A stretch of 60,897 nt of DNA, filler included. It is 6 parts of 6 records of this genome, joined end to end, with 100 filler letters (N's around TTAATTAATTAA, not from the genome) between each part and the next. Parts side by side here need not be neighbours in the genome. Positions count along the whole stretch, not along the records: positions 20,103 to 28,920 come from SRR2962707_3931; positions 29,021 to 44,031 come from SRR2962707_3932; 4 more parts are not named here. The stretch is one strand, 5' to 3'. How positions within the stretch are numbered: position 1 is the first letter of the stretch; the number at the start of each line of letters is the position of its first letter. The translations under genes were made by a program, and so were the position numbers. This document shows positions 28,017 through 37,478 of this stretch, piece after piece. A model generated the notes under the pieces. The model searched no databases. It had not been told where the DNA came from and was given only the letters and a program-made list of their open reading frames with translations.

Positions 28017-28670
28017 GTGAGAGTGGACAAGTCCACAAACAATGCCTCAGTCAATGAATCTGCCGTAAGTTCCAGTGCTACAGGCGCTTCGGAAGAAGAT
28101 ATTATGCGCGCCAATTTTTATGGCCTTTTAGCGCGCGTCCTGGCCAAACCCATGGATGACGACACGCTGGAAACCATGCGCGGTCTGGCCGGGCATGAGG
28201 ATGACAGCCCCCTTGGTAATGCCATTTCCGCGTTCGGAAAATTGTGCCTGCGCACTCCGCGTGCCCGGGCTGAAGAAGAATTTACCGAGCTGTTTTATGG
28301 GGTCGGCGCCGGCGGTGAAGTGTCGCCGTATGCATCGCTTTATATTACCGGGCTCGTTTACGACAAGCCGCTGGCCGAATTGCGCAGTGACATGGCGCGG
28401 CTGGGTATTGCCCCCGCCGAAGGCAATGCGGAACCCGAAGATCACATCGCCAGCCTGTGCGAAATGATGCACGGCCTGCTGGTGGGGGAACTGGGCAACG
28501 GCGGCAAGGCCGAAGCCAAAGCATTTTTTGACAAGCACCTCGCGCCGTGGGCCGGGAAGATGTTCGCCGATCTGGAGGGAGCGCAGGCAGCTGCGCTTTA
28601 CATGCCGATCGGGACTATCGGCCGGTTGTTCATGGAAATCGAACGCGAGGCTTATGAGATGGCGGCTTGA
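28017..28670 (+). CDS. TorD/DmsD-family redox-enzyme maturation chaperone
   Basis: RANFYGLLA, SPYASLY, EPEDHIASLCE, FFDKHLAPW, FADLE. Confidence 0.92.
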   Translation: MRVDKSTNNASVNESAVSSSATGASEEDIMRANFYGLLARVLAKPMDDDTLETMRGLAGHEDDSPLGNAISAFGKLCLRTPRARAEEEFTELFYGVGAGGEVSPYASLYITGLVYDKPLAELRSDMARLGIAPAEGNAEPEDHIASLCEMMHGLLVGELGNGGKAEAKAFFDKHLAPWAGKMFADLEGAQAAALYMPIGTIGRLFMEIEREAYEMAA

Positions 28671-28753
28671 GCCGCCGGGAATTAGGGCGGCTTGAGCCGC
28701 CTGGTAGATAAAGCGGCTTGAGCCGCTTGGTGGTTAGGGCGGCTTCGGTCGCT
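28661..28753. repeat. Array of four GC-rich hairpins, period 25-26 bp
   Basis: GGCGGC-TTGA-GCCGCC at 28661 and 28686, AAGCGGC-TTGA-GCCGCTT at 28711, GGCGGC-TTCG-GTCGCT at 28738. Confidence 0.9.
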
Positions 28754-28920
28754 CCAAAGAGGAACGGAGAAGCGTTCGCCTTACGGGGATGTGAACCGGG
28801 TCCATGTAGACCGGCCATAGTGGCCAAAGGAAGACCGGACCGAGTTTGGTCTTCTTGAGTGACCTCAAAGGGTCAACACGTACGTGTCAACTGTAGGGAG
28901 ACAGCTATGAAAAGGACCGA

Positions 28921-29020
28921 NNNNNNNNNNNNNNNNNNNNNNNNNNNNNNNNNNNNNNNNNNNNTTAATTAATTAANNNNNNNNNNNNNNNNNNNNNNNN
29001 NNNNNNNNNNNNNNNNNNNN
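28921..29020. other. Artificial contig spacer
   Basis: N-run with TTAATTAATTAA. Confidence 0.99.
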
Positions 29021-29049
29021 GCGGTGGCGAATAGATCGTAAACAGGCTC
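29021..29049 (-). mobile_element. Probable IS5-family/MITE terminal repeat at the contig end
   Basis: Minus strand TCA|GAGCCTGTTTACGATCT...; shares GCCTGTT end with the palindrome at 30184-30244; the host ORF loses its hexapeptide pattern here. Confidence 0.55.
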
Positions 29050-29295
29050 TGAGTCGGCGGCGATGTGGCTGTGATCGCCGACACGAATATCGCGGCCCGG
29101 CTCGGCGAACAGGCGCGCCTGCGGTGCGACAAAACAGTGCTCCCCGAAGCGCACCGTTTCGAGGCGCTCCAGTTCCTCTTGCACCTTTTTCTGCCAGGGG
29201 TCCGCCCAAGCCCGGTGCCGCGGCTTGAGCCGGGGATACAGCCAGGGCATATACGCCAGGCGCAGTTTGTGTTGTTCGCGGTAGGAATCGCTCAT
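29050..29295 (-). CDS. Hexapeptide-repeat acyltransferase, N-terminal part (interrupted or truncated)
   Basis: RLAYMPWLY, VRFGEHCFVAPQARLFAEPGRDIRVGDHSHIAADS beta-helix-type repeats. Confidence 0.7.
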
Positions 29296-29363
29296 GGCCT
29301 TGGTGAAGAAGCACGGAGTACCGGCATCCTACACCAAGCGCCCGCCGCTGACCGCCAGCTTGC

Positions 29364-30089
29364 CTAGGCGGCGCAAAGATCCTGTACCAGTTGTCCGAAT
29401 CGGCTCAATACTTCATTGGCACCAGGGCATTCCCGGACTTCGGACATGGCGTCCGCGGCACGCTGGTCACTGATGCTCCGTCCACGCAAGGCTTGCAGGT
29501 AGGCCCTGGTAATATCGGCGTTGAATTCCGGATGAAACTGACAACCCCACACCCGTTGCCGATAGCGGAACGCTTGGCAGGCGTCATGGCCATTACTGGC
29601 CAGCACCGACACTTCCGGCGGCGCCACCAGCACCGATTGCTGATGCACCATCTGCCCCCAGGGCTGCTCGCAAAGTCCGGCGAACAGGGGATCCCTGGCC
29701 GCTTCCGATGCCATTCTCAACGCCACCGTGCCCACCTCCATGCCCTGTGGGTGATCTCCCACCTCACCACCGAGCAGTTTCGCCAGCAGCTGATGGCCAA
29801 AACAGATCCCCAACACCGGCAGCGCCGCCGGATGGGTGATGACGTCATCCAGCCAATCGGTCAGGCGCACCATCCAGGGCGCCTGCTCCGTGACCATGGC
29901 ATGGGAGCCGGTAATAACCACCGCCGCGATACGGTCCGGCGACGGTAACGGCACCGGCTCGCGCACATCGCATACCTGCACGGCACAGCGATCACCGAGA
30001 CCCCGCGCGATCCAGTCCTCGAAGTCCCCGTAATGCTCGATCAATTCGGGGTAGGTGCTGCCGGCCTTTATAATCAACACCGGTTTCAT
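29364..30089 (-). CDS. Type 1 glutamine amidotransferase (GMP synthase-like GATase)
   Basis: ITGSHAMV, LGICFGHQ, QFHPEF; ATG at 30089 after AAGGAGG. Confidence 0.9.
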   Translation of the reverse strand: MKPVLIIKAGSTYPELIEHYGDFEDWIARGLGDRCAVQVCDVREPVPLPSPDRIAAVVITGSHAMVTEQAPWMVRLTDWLDDVITHPAALPVLGICFGHQLLAKLLGGEVGDHPQGMEVGTVALRMASEAARDPLFAGLCEQPWGQMVHQQSVLVAPPEVSVLASNGHDACQAFRYRQRVWGCQFHPEFNADITRAYLQALRGRSISDQRAADAMSEVRECPGANEVLSRFGQLVQDLCAA

Positions 30090-30183
30090 GGGAGCCTCCT
30101 TCACCAGTCCCTGGGTTGCGTTCCCCAGTGCCTCAGCAAAGCTCATACCAGCTCTGACGCCGCCGTTGTAAAAGTTTTCAATT

Positions 30184-30244
30184 TAGGGCCTGTTCCCCTA
30201 TTTGCATCCAGCAGGCGGGATGCAAATAGGGGGAACAGGCCCTA
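30184..30244. mobile_element. Palindromic miniature inverted-repeat element (MITE/REP-like)
   Basis: TAGGGCCTGTTCCCCTATTTGCATCC-N8-GGATGCAAATAGGGGGAACAGGCCCTA: 26-bp arms (one extra G), TA at both ends. Confidence 0.75.
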
Positions 30245-30254
30245 GGCCGGATTT

Positions 30255-30821
30255 TCAACCGTCCGCCAGCTGCCGGTGACGCGGACAGCTGATCAGATGG
30301 TCGTTCACCAAGCCGGCGGCCTGCATGAAGGCGTACATAATGGTGGGGCCGACGAAACGAAAGCCTTTTTTCTTCAGTTCCCGGCTCATGGCTTCGGCGG
30401 TGGGGGTAACCGCCGGCACGTCGGACAGCGACCGGTGGCGGTTTACCCGGGGTGTGCCATCAACAAAGCCCCACAGCAGGGCATCCAGGGTCTGGCCTGC
30501 CTCACGCAGGTCCAGATACGCCTGGGCATTACTCACCGCCGCCTTCATTTTCAACCGGTTGCGGATCAGTCCCGCATCCTGCAGCAGTTGTTCCAGCTTA
30601 CGGTCGTCATAGCGGGCGATCTTTTCCGGGTCGAAGTCATCCAGGGCGCGCCGGTAGTTCTCGCGCTTGCGCAACACCGTGATCCAACTGAGGCCGGCCT
30701 GCGCGCCTTCCAGAAGCAGGAATTCAAACAATCGGCGATCATCGTGTTCCGGTACCCCCCACTCCTGATCGTGGTAGGCCACGTACAGGGGGTCGGTACC
30801 GCACCAGGGGCATCGTTCCAT
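30255..30821 (-). CDS. tag: DNA-3-methyladenine glycosylase I
   Basis: RCPWC, YHDQEWG, LEGAQAGLSW, GFRFVGPT, NDHLISC. Confidence 0.96.
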   Translation of the reverse strand: MERCPWCGTDPLYVAYHDQEWGVPEHDDRRLFEFLLLEGAQAGLSWITVLRKRENYRRALDDFDPEKIARYDDRKLEQLLQDAGLIRNRLKMKAAVSNAQAYLDLREAGQTLDALLWGFVDGTPRVNRHRSLSDVPAVTPTAEAMSRELKKKGFRFVGPTIMYAFMQAAGLVNDHLISCPRHRQLADG

Positions 30822-31025
30822 GGGCGATCTCGGTGAAAGACGGGAATGTCGGGTTCCGGGCCACGGTATCACCGGCCCCTGGGGAACGCTATACTTGCGG
30901 TCTTCGTTTCACGAGCCCGTCTCTCTCCCTCCCGAACACGGGGCCAGCGCCACCGTGGAGGGCATGGCATCGCCGCCAGGAGCACGGGCTCGCACCGGTG
31001 CACCAGCGGAATAACAGGAAGCGAC

Positions 31026-32033
31026 ATGGCGGATCAACCGCAAGCGGACGTGATGACCTTTCAGGGCCTGATCCTGGCCCTGCAACAGTATTGGGCCGAG
31101 CAAGGCTGCGTGGTCGTGCAGCCTTTGGATATGGAAGTGGGCGCGGGGACTTTCCACCCCTCCACCTTCCTGCGCGCCATCGGCCCGGAAAACTGGAACA
31201 GCGCCTATGTGCAGCCGTCCCGGCGGCCCACCGACGGCCGTTACGGGGAAAACCCCAATCGGCTGCAGCACTATTACCAGTTCCAGGTGGTCCTCAAACC
31301 GTCCCCGGACAACATCCAGGAATTGTATCTGGGCTCCCTGCGCCTGCTCGGCTTCGATCCGCTGGTGCATGATATCCGCTTCGTCGAGGACAACTGGGAA
31401 TCCCCCACGCTTGGCGCCTGGGGGTTGGGCTGGGAAGTGTGGCTCAATGGCATGGAAGTGACTCAGTTCACCTACTTCCAGCAGGTCGGTGGCATCGACT
31501 GCTACCCGGTCACCGGTGAGATCACCTATGGCCTGGAGCGCCTGGCCATGTACATTCAGGGCGTGGATTCGGTGTACGACCTGGTCTGGTCCGATGGTCC
31601 TTTCGGCAAGGTCAGTTACGGCGACGTTTATCTGCAAAACGAAGTGGAGATGTCCACCTTCAACTTCGAGCACGCCAACGTCGAGGAACTGTTCAAGCAG
31701 TTCGACCTGTTTGAAGCCGAATCCACCAAGCTGATCGGCGCGGGCCTGCCGCTGCCCGCCTACGAGTACGCTCTCAAGGCTTCTCATACTTTTAACCTGC
31801 TGGACGCGCGCAAGGCCATCTCGGTGACCGAACGTCAGCGCTTCATTCTGCGTGTACGCACCCTGGCCCGGGCCGTGGCCCAGGCCTACTTCGACGCCCG
31901 CCGTAAACTGGGCTTCCCCATGGCCGATCCAGCCATCCGTGAGGAAGTGGAAGCGGAGCTGGCAAAGCAGGATGAGAAGGCGGCAGGAAACGCGGCCGCC
32001 GGGAAAGGCAATAAAAAGAAGGGGAAGAAATAA
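31026..32033 (+). CDS. glyQ: Glycine--tRNA ligase alpha subunit
   Basis: [50 protein letters not shown]. Confidence 0.98.
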   Translation: MADQPQADVMTFQGLILALQQYWAEQGCVVVQPLDMEVGAGTFHPSTFLRAIGPENWNSAYVQPSRRPTDGRYGENPNRLQHYYQFQVVLKPSPDNIQELYLGSLRLLGFDPLVHDIRFVEDNWESPTLGAWGLGWEVWLNGMEVTQFTYFQQVGGIDCYPVTGEITYGLERLAMYIQGVDSVYDLVWSDGPFGKVSYGDVYLQNEVEMSTFNFEHANVEELFKQFDLFEAESTKLIGAGLPLPAYEYALKASHTFNLLDARKAISVTERQRFILRVRTLARAVAQAYFDARRKLGFPMADPAIREEVEAELAKQDEKAAGNAAAGKGNKKKGKK

Positions 32034-34105
32034 TGTCCCGGGATTTACTGATCGAGCTGGGCACCGAGGAACTGCCCCCGAAGGCGCTGCCGACCCTGAG
32101 CGCGGCGCTCACCGAGGAGTTCGTACGGCAACTGGACGAGGCCGGGCTGCAACACGGTGAGGTGGAAAGCTTCGCCGCGCCACGCCGGCTGGCGGTGCTG
32201 GTCCGTGACCTGGACGAAAAACAGGCCGACCGTGATATCGAGCGTCAGGGCCCGGCGGTACAGGCGGCATTCGATGCCGAAGGCAATCCGACCAAGGCCG
32301 CCCAGGGCTTCGCCGCTTCCCTGGGGCTGACCGTGGACCAGTTGGACCGCCAGGACACCGGCAAAGGGGAACGCCTGATTGCCCGTATCACCGAAGAGGG
32401 CAAGGCCACCACCGAGCTGGTTCCGGCATTCTTCGCCCAGGCGATCCAGAAGCTGCCGATTCCCAAGCGCATGCGCTGGGGCAGCCGCAAAGTACAGTTC
32501 GTGCGCCCGGCACATTGGCTGGTGGCATTGTTCGGCGACGAGGTCGTACCGTTCGAACTGCTGGATCTGCAATCCGGCCGCACCAGCTATGGCCACCGCT
32601 TCCACGCGCCGGGAGCCATTGAGCTGAGCCAGGCCGGTGAATACGCCGGGCGCCTGGAAAATGAAGGGCATGTGATCGCCGATTTCGACCGCCGCAAGGC
32701 GATGATCGAAGAGCAGACGATCACCGCGGGCAAGCAGGCCGGCGGTACCGCGCGGATCAATCCCGATTTGCTTGACGAAGTAACCGCCCTGGTGGAATGG
32801 CCGGTGGCGCTGACCGGCGGCTTTGATGAGGACTTCCTGCGCGTGCCCCAGGAAGCGCTGATCAGCGCCATGGAAGAGCACCAGAAATATTTTTCCGTGC
32901 TCGACGCCGATGGCAAGCTGATGCCGAAATTCATCACCATCAGCAACATCGAGTCCAAGGACCCGGCCCAGGTGATCGCCGGTAACGAGAAGGTGATTCG
33001 GCCGCGGCTGGCCGACGCCGCCTTCTTCTATGATAACGACTGCAAGAAGACCCTGGCGCAACACGCCGAGGGACTGGCCCAGGTGGTGTTCCAGCAGCAG
33101 CTGGGGACGGTGGCCGACAAGTGCCAGCGTATCGGGGCCCTGGCGGCCGTGATCGCCGAACAAACCGGCGGCGACAGCGCGCACGCCAGACTGGCGGGGG
33201 AACTCAGCAAGGCCGACCTCAATAGCGAAATGGTGTACGAGTTCGACACCATGCAGGGCATCATGGGCTATTACCTTGCCCAGCGTGAAGGCCAGCCCGA
33301 GGATGTGGCCGAAGCGCTGTACGAGCAATACCTGCCCCGTTTCGCCGGCGACAAGCTGCCACAAAGCAAGACCGGCATGGCGGTTTCCCTGGCCGACAAG
33401 ATCGATACGCTGGTGGGGATCTTCGGTATCGGCCAGAAGCCCAGCGGTACCAAGGACCCCTATGCACTGCGGCGGGCCACTCTCGGTGTGCTGCGCATCA
33501 TCATCGAAAACCAGCTGGAATTGGATCTGCGCGACCTGCTGGATCAGGCCGCCACCCAGCTTGGTGATCGCATCGACGCCGCTCAGGTCGACGAAGCCTT
33601 CGATTTTATTAAGGGCCGTTACCGCGCCATGTATCAGGAACAGGGCATCGCCACACCGGTGATCCTGTCGGTGCTGGCCATCGAGGACGCCTGCCGCAAA
33701 CCGCTGGATTTCGATCGCCGGGTGAAAGCCGTGGCCGCGTTCCAGCAGCGGGAGGAAGCTCAGGCTCTGGCCGCGGCCAACAAGCGGGTCTCCAATATTC
33801 TGGCCAAGCTGGAACAAGCCCCGCCGGAAGAAATCGATGGCGCACTGTTGGAAGACGAAGCGGAACAGGAACTCACCAATCTGGTGGTGGCCGCCTACGA
33901 ACAGTCCGAGCCGCTGCTGGAGCAGGGCGACTACCAGGCGGTGCTGGAACTGCTGGCGGAGCTGCGTGCCCCGGTGGACGCCTTCTTCGAAAGCGTGATG
34001 GTGATGGCCGAGGACCCGGCGGTTCGTGACAACCGCCTGGCCCTGCTGAGTTTCCTGCGCGATCTGTTCCTTAACGTGGCCGATATCAGCCTGTTGCAGG
34101 AGTAG
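32033..34105 (+). CDS. glyS: Glycine--tRNA ligase beta subunit
   Basis: LLIELGTEELPP, PKRMRWG, GNEKVIRPRLADA, KDPYALRR, NRLALL. Confidence 0.98.
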   Translation: MSRDLLIELGTEELPPKALPTLSAALTEEFVRQLDEAGLQHGEVESFAAPRRLAVLVRDLDEKQADRDIERQGPAVQAAFDAEGNPTKAAQGFAASLGLTVDQLDRQDTGKGERLIARITEEGKATTELVPAFFAQAIQKLPIPKRMRWGSRKVQFVRPAHWLVALFGDEVVPFELLDLQSGRTSYGHRFHAPGAIELSQAGEYAGRLENEGHVIADFDRRKAMIEEQTITAGKQAGGTARINPDLLDEVTALVEWPVALTGGFDEDFLRVPQEALISAMEEHQKYFSVLDADGKLMPKFITISNIESKDPAQVIAGNEKVIRPRLADAAFFYDNDCKKTLAQHAEGLAQVVFQQQLGTVADKCQRIGALAAVIAEQTGGDSAHARLAGELSKADLNSEMVYEFDTMQGIMGYYLAQREGQPEDVAEALYEQYLPRFAGDKLPQSKTGMAVSLADKIDTLVGIFGIGQKPSGTKDPYALRRATLGVLRIIIENQLELDLRDLLDQAATQLGDRIDAAQVDEAFDFIKGRYRAMYQEQGIATPVILSVLAIEDACRKPLDFDRRVKAVAAFQQREEAQALAAANKRVSNILAKLEQAPPEEIDGALLEDEAEQELTNLVVAAYEQSEPLLEQGDYQAVLELLAELRAPVDAFFESVMVMAEDPAVRDNRLALLSFLRDLFLNVADISLLQE

Positions 34106-36584
34106 GCGCGGCGTTGCCCAGATAGGCGTTGGCGAGATCCACGTTCGCGCGGATCTCGTCCGCCGTCCCTTGCGCCACCACACGTCCACCTTCGATCACG
34201 TAGGCGCGATCCGCCAAAGCCAATGCCAGTGCCGCCATCTGATCCACCAGCAAGATGGTCATGTCCTCCCGGCGCAGCTGATCCAGCACCTCGAACAACT
34301 CGGCGATGATTTTCGGCGCCAGTCCGAGGGACGGCTCATCCAATAGCAACACCCTTGGCTTTGCCATCAAACCCCGGGCCAGCGCCAGCATTTGCTGCTC
34401 CCCTCCGGAGAGCAGCCCGGCACGCTGATGTTGGCGCTCGCGCAGACGAGGGAACCGCTCCAGCATACCTTGCACGCGGGCTTCACGGTCCTCAGCGTGA
34501 AGAAAGCCGCCAAGGCGAATGTTATCCAGCACCGACAACTCGGGGAAAACCTGTCGGCCTTCTGGCACCAACACCACCCCCCGGCCGGCAATTTTCTCCG
34601 CCGGCATGGTGTTGAGCACCTCGCCACTGAGATGCACGCCGCCGCTCTGGGCAGGATGCAAACCGCTGAGCACCCGCATCAAGGTGGATTTGCCGGCGCC
34701 GTTGGCCCCCAACAACGCCACCATTTCACCCTGGCGGATTTTGAGATTGATGCCGTGTAACACCGGCTCGGCGCCGTATCCCGCTACCAGACGGCTGACG
34801 CCGAGCAGCTCGGGACCTTGTGGAGGATGGCGGCTTGCCGAGGCCGGCAGATCCCCGCTGTCACCGAGATAGGCTTTGCGGACTTCCGGATTGGCCTGCA
34901 CCTCGGCGGCGGCGCCCGCGGCCAATAAGGTACCGGTATCCAGAACAATGATCTGGTCGGATACCGACATCACCAGCTCCATGTCGTGCTCCACCACCAG
35001 GACCGCGATACCGGCGGCCGCGACCGCTTTGAGCAGGTCCCCCAACCGGTCGGTATCTTCCCGCGACAAACCGGCGGCGGGCTCATCCAGTAACAGCACT
35101 TCCGGATCCAGCGCCAATGCCCGGGCGATTTCCACCAGGCGCCGGTCCACATGCGGCAGTTGTGAAGCGGGCAGGGCGGGATCGCCGAGATAGCCACAGA
35201 ACGACAGCAGGGCGCGTGCCCGCTGGCGTACCGTCCGGGAACGGAAAGGCCCGCCAGCGAGCACCGTTCCCAAATGACCCCGGCAGGCTGCCAAAGCGAC
35301 GTTGTCCTCCACGGAGAGTGAATCGAACAGCTGCGACGTTTGGTAGGTTCTTGCCACCCCACGGCGGGCGATGCGCCACGCCCCCTCGGTTTGCAGAGCA
35401 GCATCGGTCAGAGAAAAGCCACCGTTCGTGGGCCGGTAAAACCCGCTGAGCATATTCAACACCGTGGTTTTGCCGGCGCCATTGGGGCCAATCAGACTGC
35501 TCACCGCCGCCGCCGGCAAATCCATATTCAGGCCGCTGACCGCTTTGACGCCGCCGAAGGTCATGCTCAGCCCCCGCACTTTCAAACCATGACGAGGGCG
35601 CGCATCCAGCACGGGGGCGGCATCATCACTGGGAAGCGGGCTGGTGGCGCCGTTCCCGGCACGCCGGCCCATCCAGGCCGTCAGCCAGCCCATCAAACCA
35701 TTGGGCGCCACCAACAAGACCACCAGCAACAGGCCACCAAAGAACAGCAAGCGATGGGACTCCAGGGACGCCAGCAGTTCCGGCAGCACCCCGAGAATAA
35801 TGGCGCCAATCACCGGCCCGGCGATGAACCCCGCGCCACCAATGATCACCACCAGTACGAACAGAATGGATTGCATGAAACTGAAAGTATCCGGCGTTAC
35901 AAAGCCGGACAGAGGCGCGAACAGCCCTCCGGCCAACCCGGCCATTAGCGCCGACAGCGCGAAGGCCATGGTTTTTGCCGCCAGTGGATTGATACCGACG
36001 GATTCCGCCGCCACCTCGCTGTCCTTGACCGCCCGCATGGCCGCGCCCCAGGTGCCGCGGGCAATCAGAGCATAAACCAGCAACATCGCCGCCGCCGTCA
36101 GCACGGCGAGCACAGCAATGTTCTGCTCGGGGCTCCAGGCCTGATGAAGCGAGGGCGCCATAACCCCCATGATGCCGTTCTGACCACCGGTGACATGTTC
36201 CATTTCAATAACGGCGTGCTGAACGATAAAGCTGAAGGCGATGGTGATCATCGCCAGATAAGGCCCCTTGGCCCGTAATGCCGGCAACGCCACCAGAGCC
36301 CCGGCAATGCCGGATAACAGCGCTCCCGCCAGCCAGGCCGGCCAGAACGACCAGCCCGCCTGTGTGGTGAGCACCGCCACCGTGTAGGCGCCAATGGCGT
36401 AGAACCCCACGTGACCAAAGGAAATCTGTCCACTCAAACCCAACAGAATGTTCAGGCCGACGCCGACAATGGTGATCAGCGCCACATTGGCCAGCACGAA
36501 CACGTAATAGCTGTTCAAGGAGAAAGTGCACACCAGGGCCACCGCCACCAGGGCAGCCAGCATAATCAAGTGCGGGTACTTCAT
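34086..36584 (-). CDS. Fused Liv-type ABC protein: LivM-like permease plus two ATPase domains (832 aa)
   Basis: GLSGQISFGH, GPYLAMITIAF, TGGQNG; Walker A GPNGAGKTT and GANGAGKST; LSGGEQQ; ATG at 36584 overlapping the upstream stop. Confidence 0.92.
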   Translation of the reverse strand: MKYPHLIMLAALVAVALVCTFSLNSYYVFVLANVALITIVGVGLNILLGLSGQISFGHVGFYAIGAYTVAVLTTQAGWSFWPAWLAGALLSGIAGALVALPALRAKGPYLAMITIAFSFIVQHAVIEMEHVTGGQNGIMGVMAPSLHQAWSPEQNIAVLAVLTAAAMLLVYALIARGTWGAAMRAVKDSEVAAESVGINPLAAKTMAFALSALMAGLAGGLFAPLSGFVTPDTFSFMQSILFVLVVIIGGAGFIAGPVIGAIILGVLPELLASLESHRLLFFGGLLLVVLLVAPNGLMGWLTAWMGRRAGNGATSPLPSDDAAPVLDARPRHGLKVRGLSMTFGGVKAVSGLNMDLPAAAVSSLIGPNGAGKTTVLNMLSGFYRPTNGGFSLTDAALQTEGAWRIARRGVARTYQTSQLFDSLSVEDNVALAACRGHLGTVLAGGPFRSRTVRQRARALLSFCGYLGDPALPASQLPHVDRRLVEIARALALDPEVLLLDEPAAGLSREDTDRLGDLLKAVAAAGIAVLVVEHDMELVMSVSDQIIVLDTGTLLAAGAAAEVQANPEVRKAYLGDSGDLPASASRHPPQGPELLGVSRLVAGYGAEPVLHGINLKIRQGEMVALLGANGAGKSTLMRVLSGLHPAQSGGVHLSGEVLNTMPAEKIAGRGVVLVPEGRQVFPELSVLDNIRLGGFLHAEDREARVQGMLERFPRLRERQHQRAGLLSGGEQQMLALARGLMAKPRVLLLDEPSLGLAPKIIAELFEVLDQLRREDMTILLVDQMAALALALADRAYVIEGGRVVAQGTADEIRANVDLANAYLGNAAPTPATG

Positions 36585-37465
36585 ACTTTCTTCACCGCGG
36601 CGCGCCCGAACAAGCCGTTGGGACGCAGCGCCAACGCCACGATCACCAAGGCAAAGGTAATGATGTGGGTGTAGCCGGATCCCAGCGTCACCGTGATCAG
36701 GCTCTCCGCCACACCGAACAACAGCCCGGCCATCACCACGCCCCAAGGGCTGGTGATGCCGCCGAGAATGGCCACTGAAAAGGCCTTCAACCCGAACAAG
36801 GTGCCCATGTCGGAATTCACATTGGCAAGGGGCGCGATCAGCATACCCGCCACCCCCGCCAGCAAGGTGGACAGGGCGAACGCGCCGGCAATAGCCCGGC
36901 CAATGGGAATCCCCATCAGACGCGCCGCATCCTTGTTCTGTTCAGTGGCCAGCAGCGCCGTGCCCCAACGGGTATGGCGCGCCACCCAGTGCAGCACCAG
37001 CGCCAGCGACAGTCCCACCACTGGAATGATCAATTGCAACGGATACACCGCCAGATTCACCCCCGCCACCTCCAGCGGCGTAATCGCCAGTGAGGAGGGC
37101 AGGCTGCGCGGTTCACGACCGAAGGTGTGCATGACCAGGTTATCCAGCACGATGCCCAAAGCCACGGTGGACATCAGCCAGGCATCGGAGCCGCGCCGGG
37201 TAAACGGCCGTACCGCGAGAAACTCCACCACCAGACCGTAGAGCGCGCAGCACAGCAGCGCCATTGCCACCGCCGGCACCAGCGGCCATTGCAGGGTCTG
37301 GGAAAAAGTGAAGCACAACACCGCGCCGAGCATCATGGAGCTGCCCTGAGCGAAGTTGACCGTCCCCGATACCGCATAGGTGATGTAAAAACCCAGCGCC
37401 ATAAGGCCATACATGCTGCCCATGCCAAGGCCGCTGATCAGAGCCGATACCAGCTGAATATCCAT
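36581..37465 (-). CDS. LivH-like ABC permease
   Basis: GSMYGLMALGF, VNFAQG, AARLMGI, KAFSVAILGG, RPNGLFG. Confidence 0.92.
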   Translation of the reverse strand: MDIQLVSALISGLGMGSMYGLMALGFYITYAVSGTVNFAQGSSMMLGAVLCFTFSQTLQWPLVPAVAMALLCCALYGLVVEFLAVRPFTRRGSDAWLMSTVALGIVLDNLVMHTFGREPRSLPSSLAITPLEVAGVNLAVYPLQLIIPVVGLSLALVLHWVARHTRWGTALLATEQNKDAARLMGIPIGRAIAGAFALSTLLAGVAGMLIAPLANVNSDMGTLFGLKAFSVAILGGITSPWGVVMAGLLFGVAESLITVTLGSGYTHIITFALVIVALALRPNGLFGRAAVKKV

Positions 37466-37478
37466 GTTCGTTCCTTGC

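Noticed and set aside
28668-28685. TorD TGA within a hairpin as selenocysteine readthrough
   Set aside because: An in-frame TAG follows after four codons (28683-28685), the protein already ends at a normal TorD-family length, and the UGA is in the loop rather than upstream of a SECIS-like stem.
28661-28753. Hairpin array as a CRISPR array
   Set aside because: Units are 16 bp with 9-10-nt linkers, far shorter than CRISPR repeats and spacers; no cas genes or leader.
32045-34189. 714-aa antisense ORF over glyS
   Set aside because: Shadow of a strongly codon-biased gene; no domain signal.
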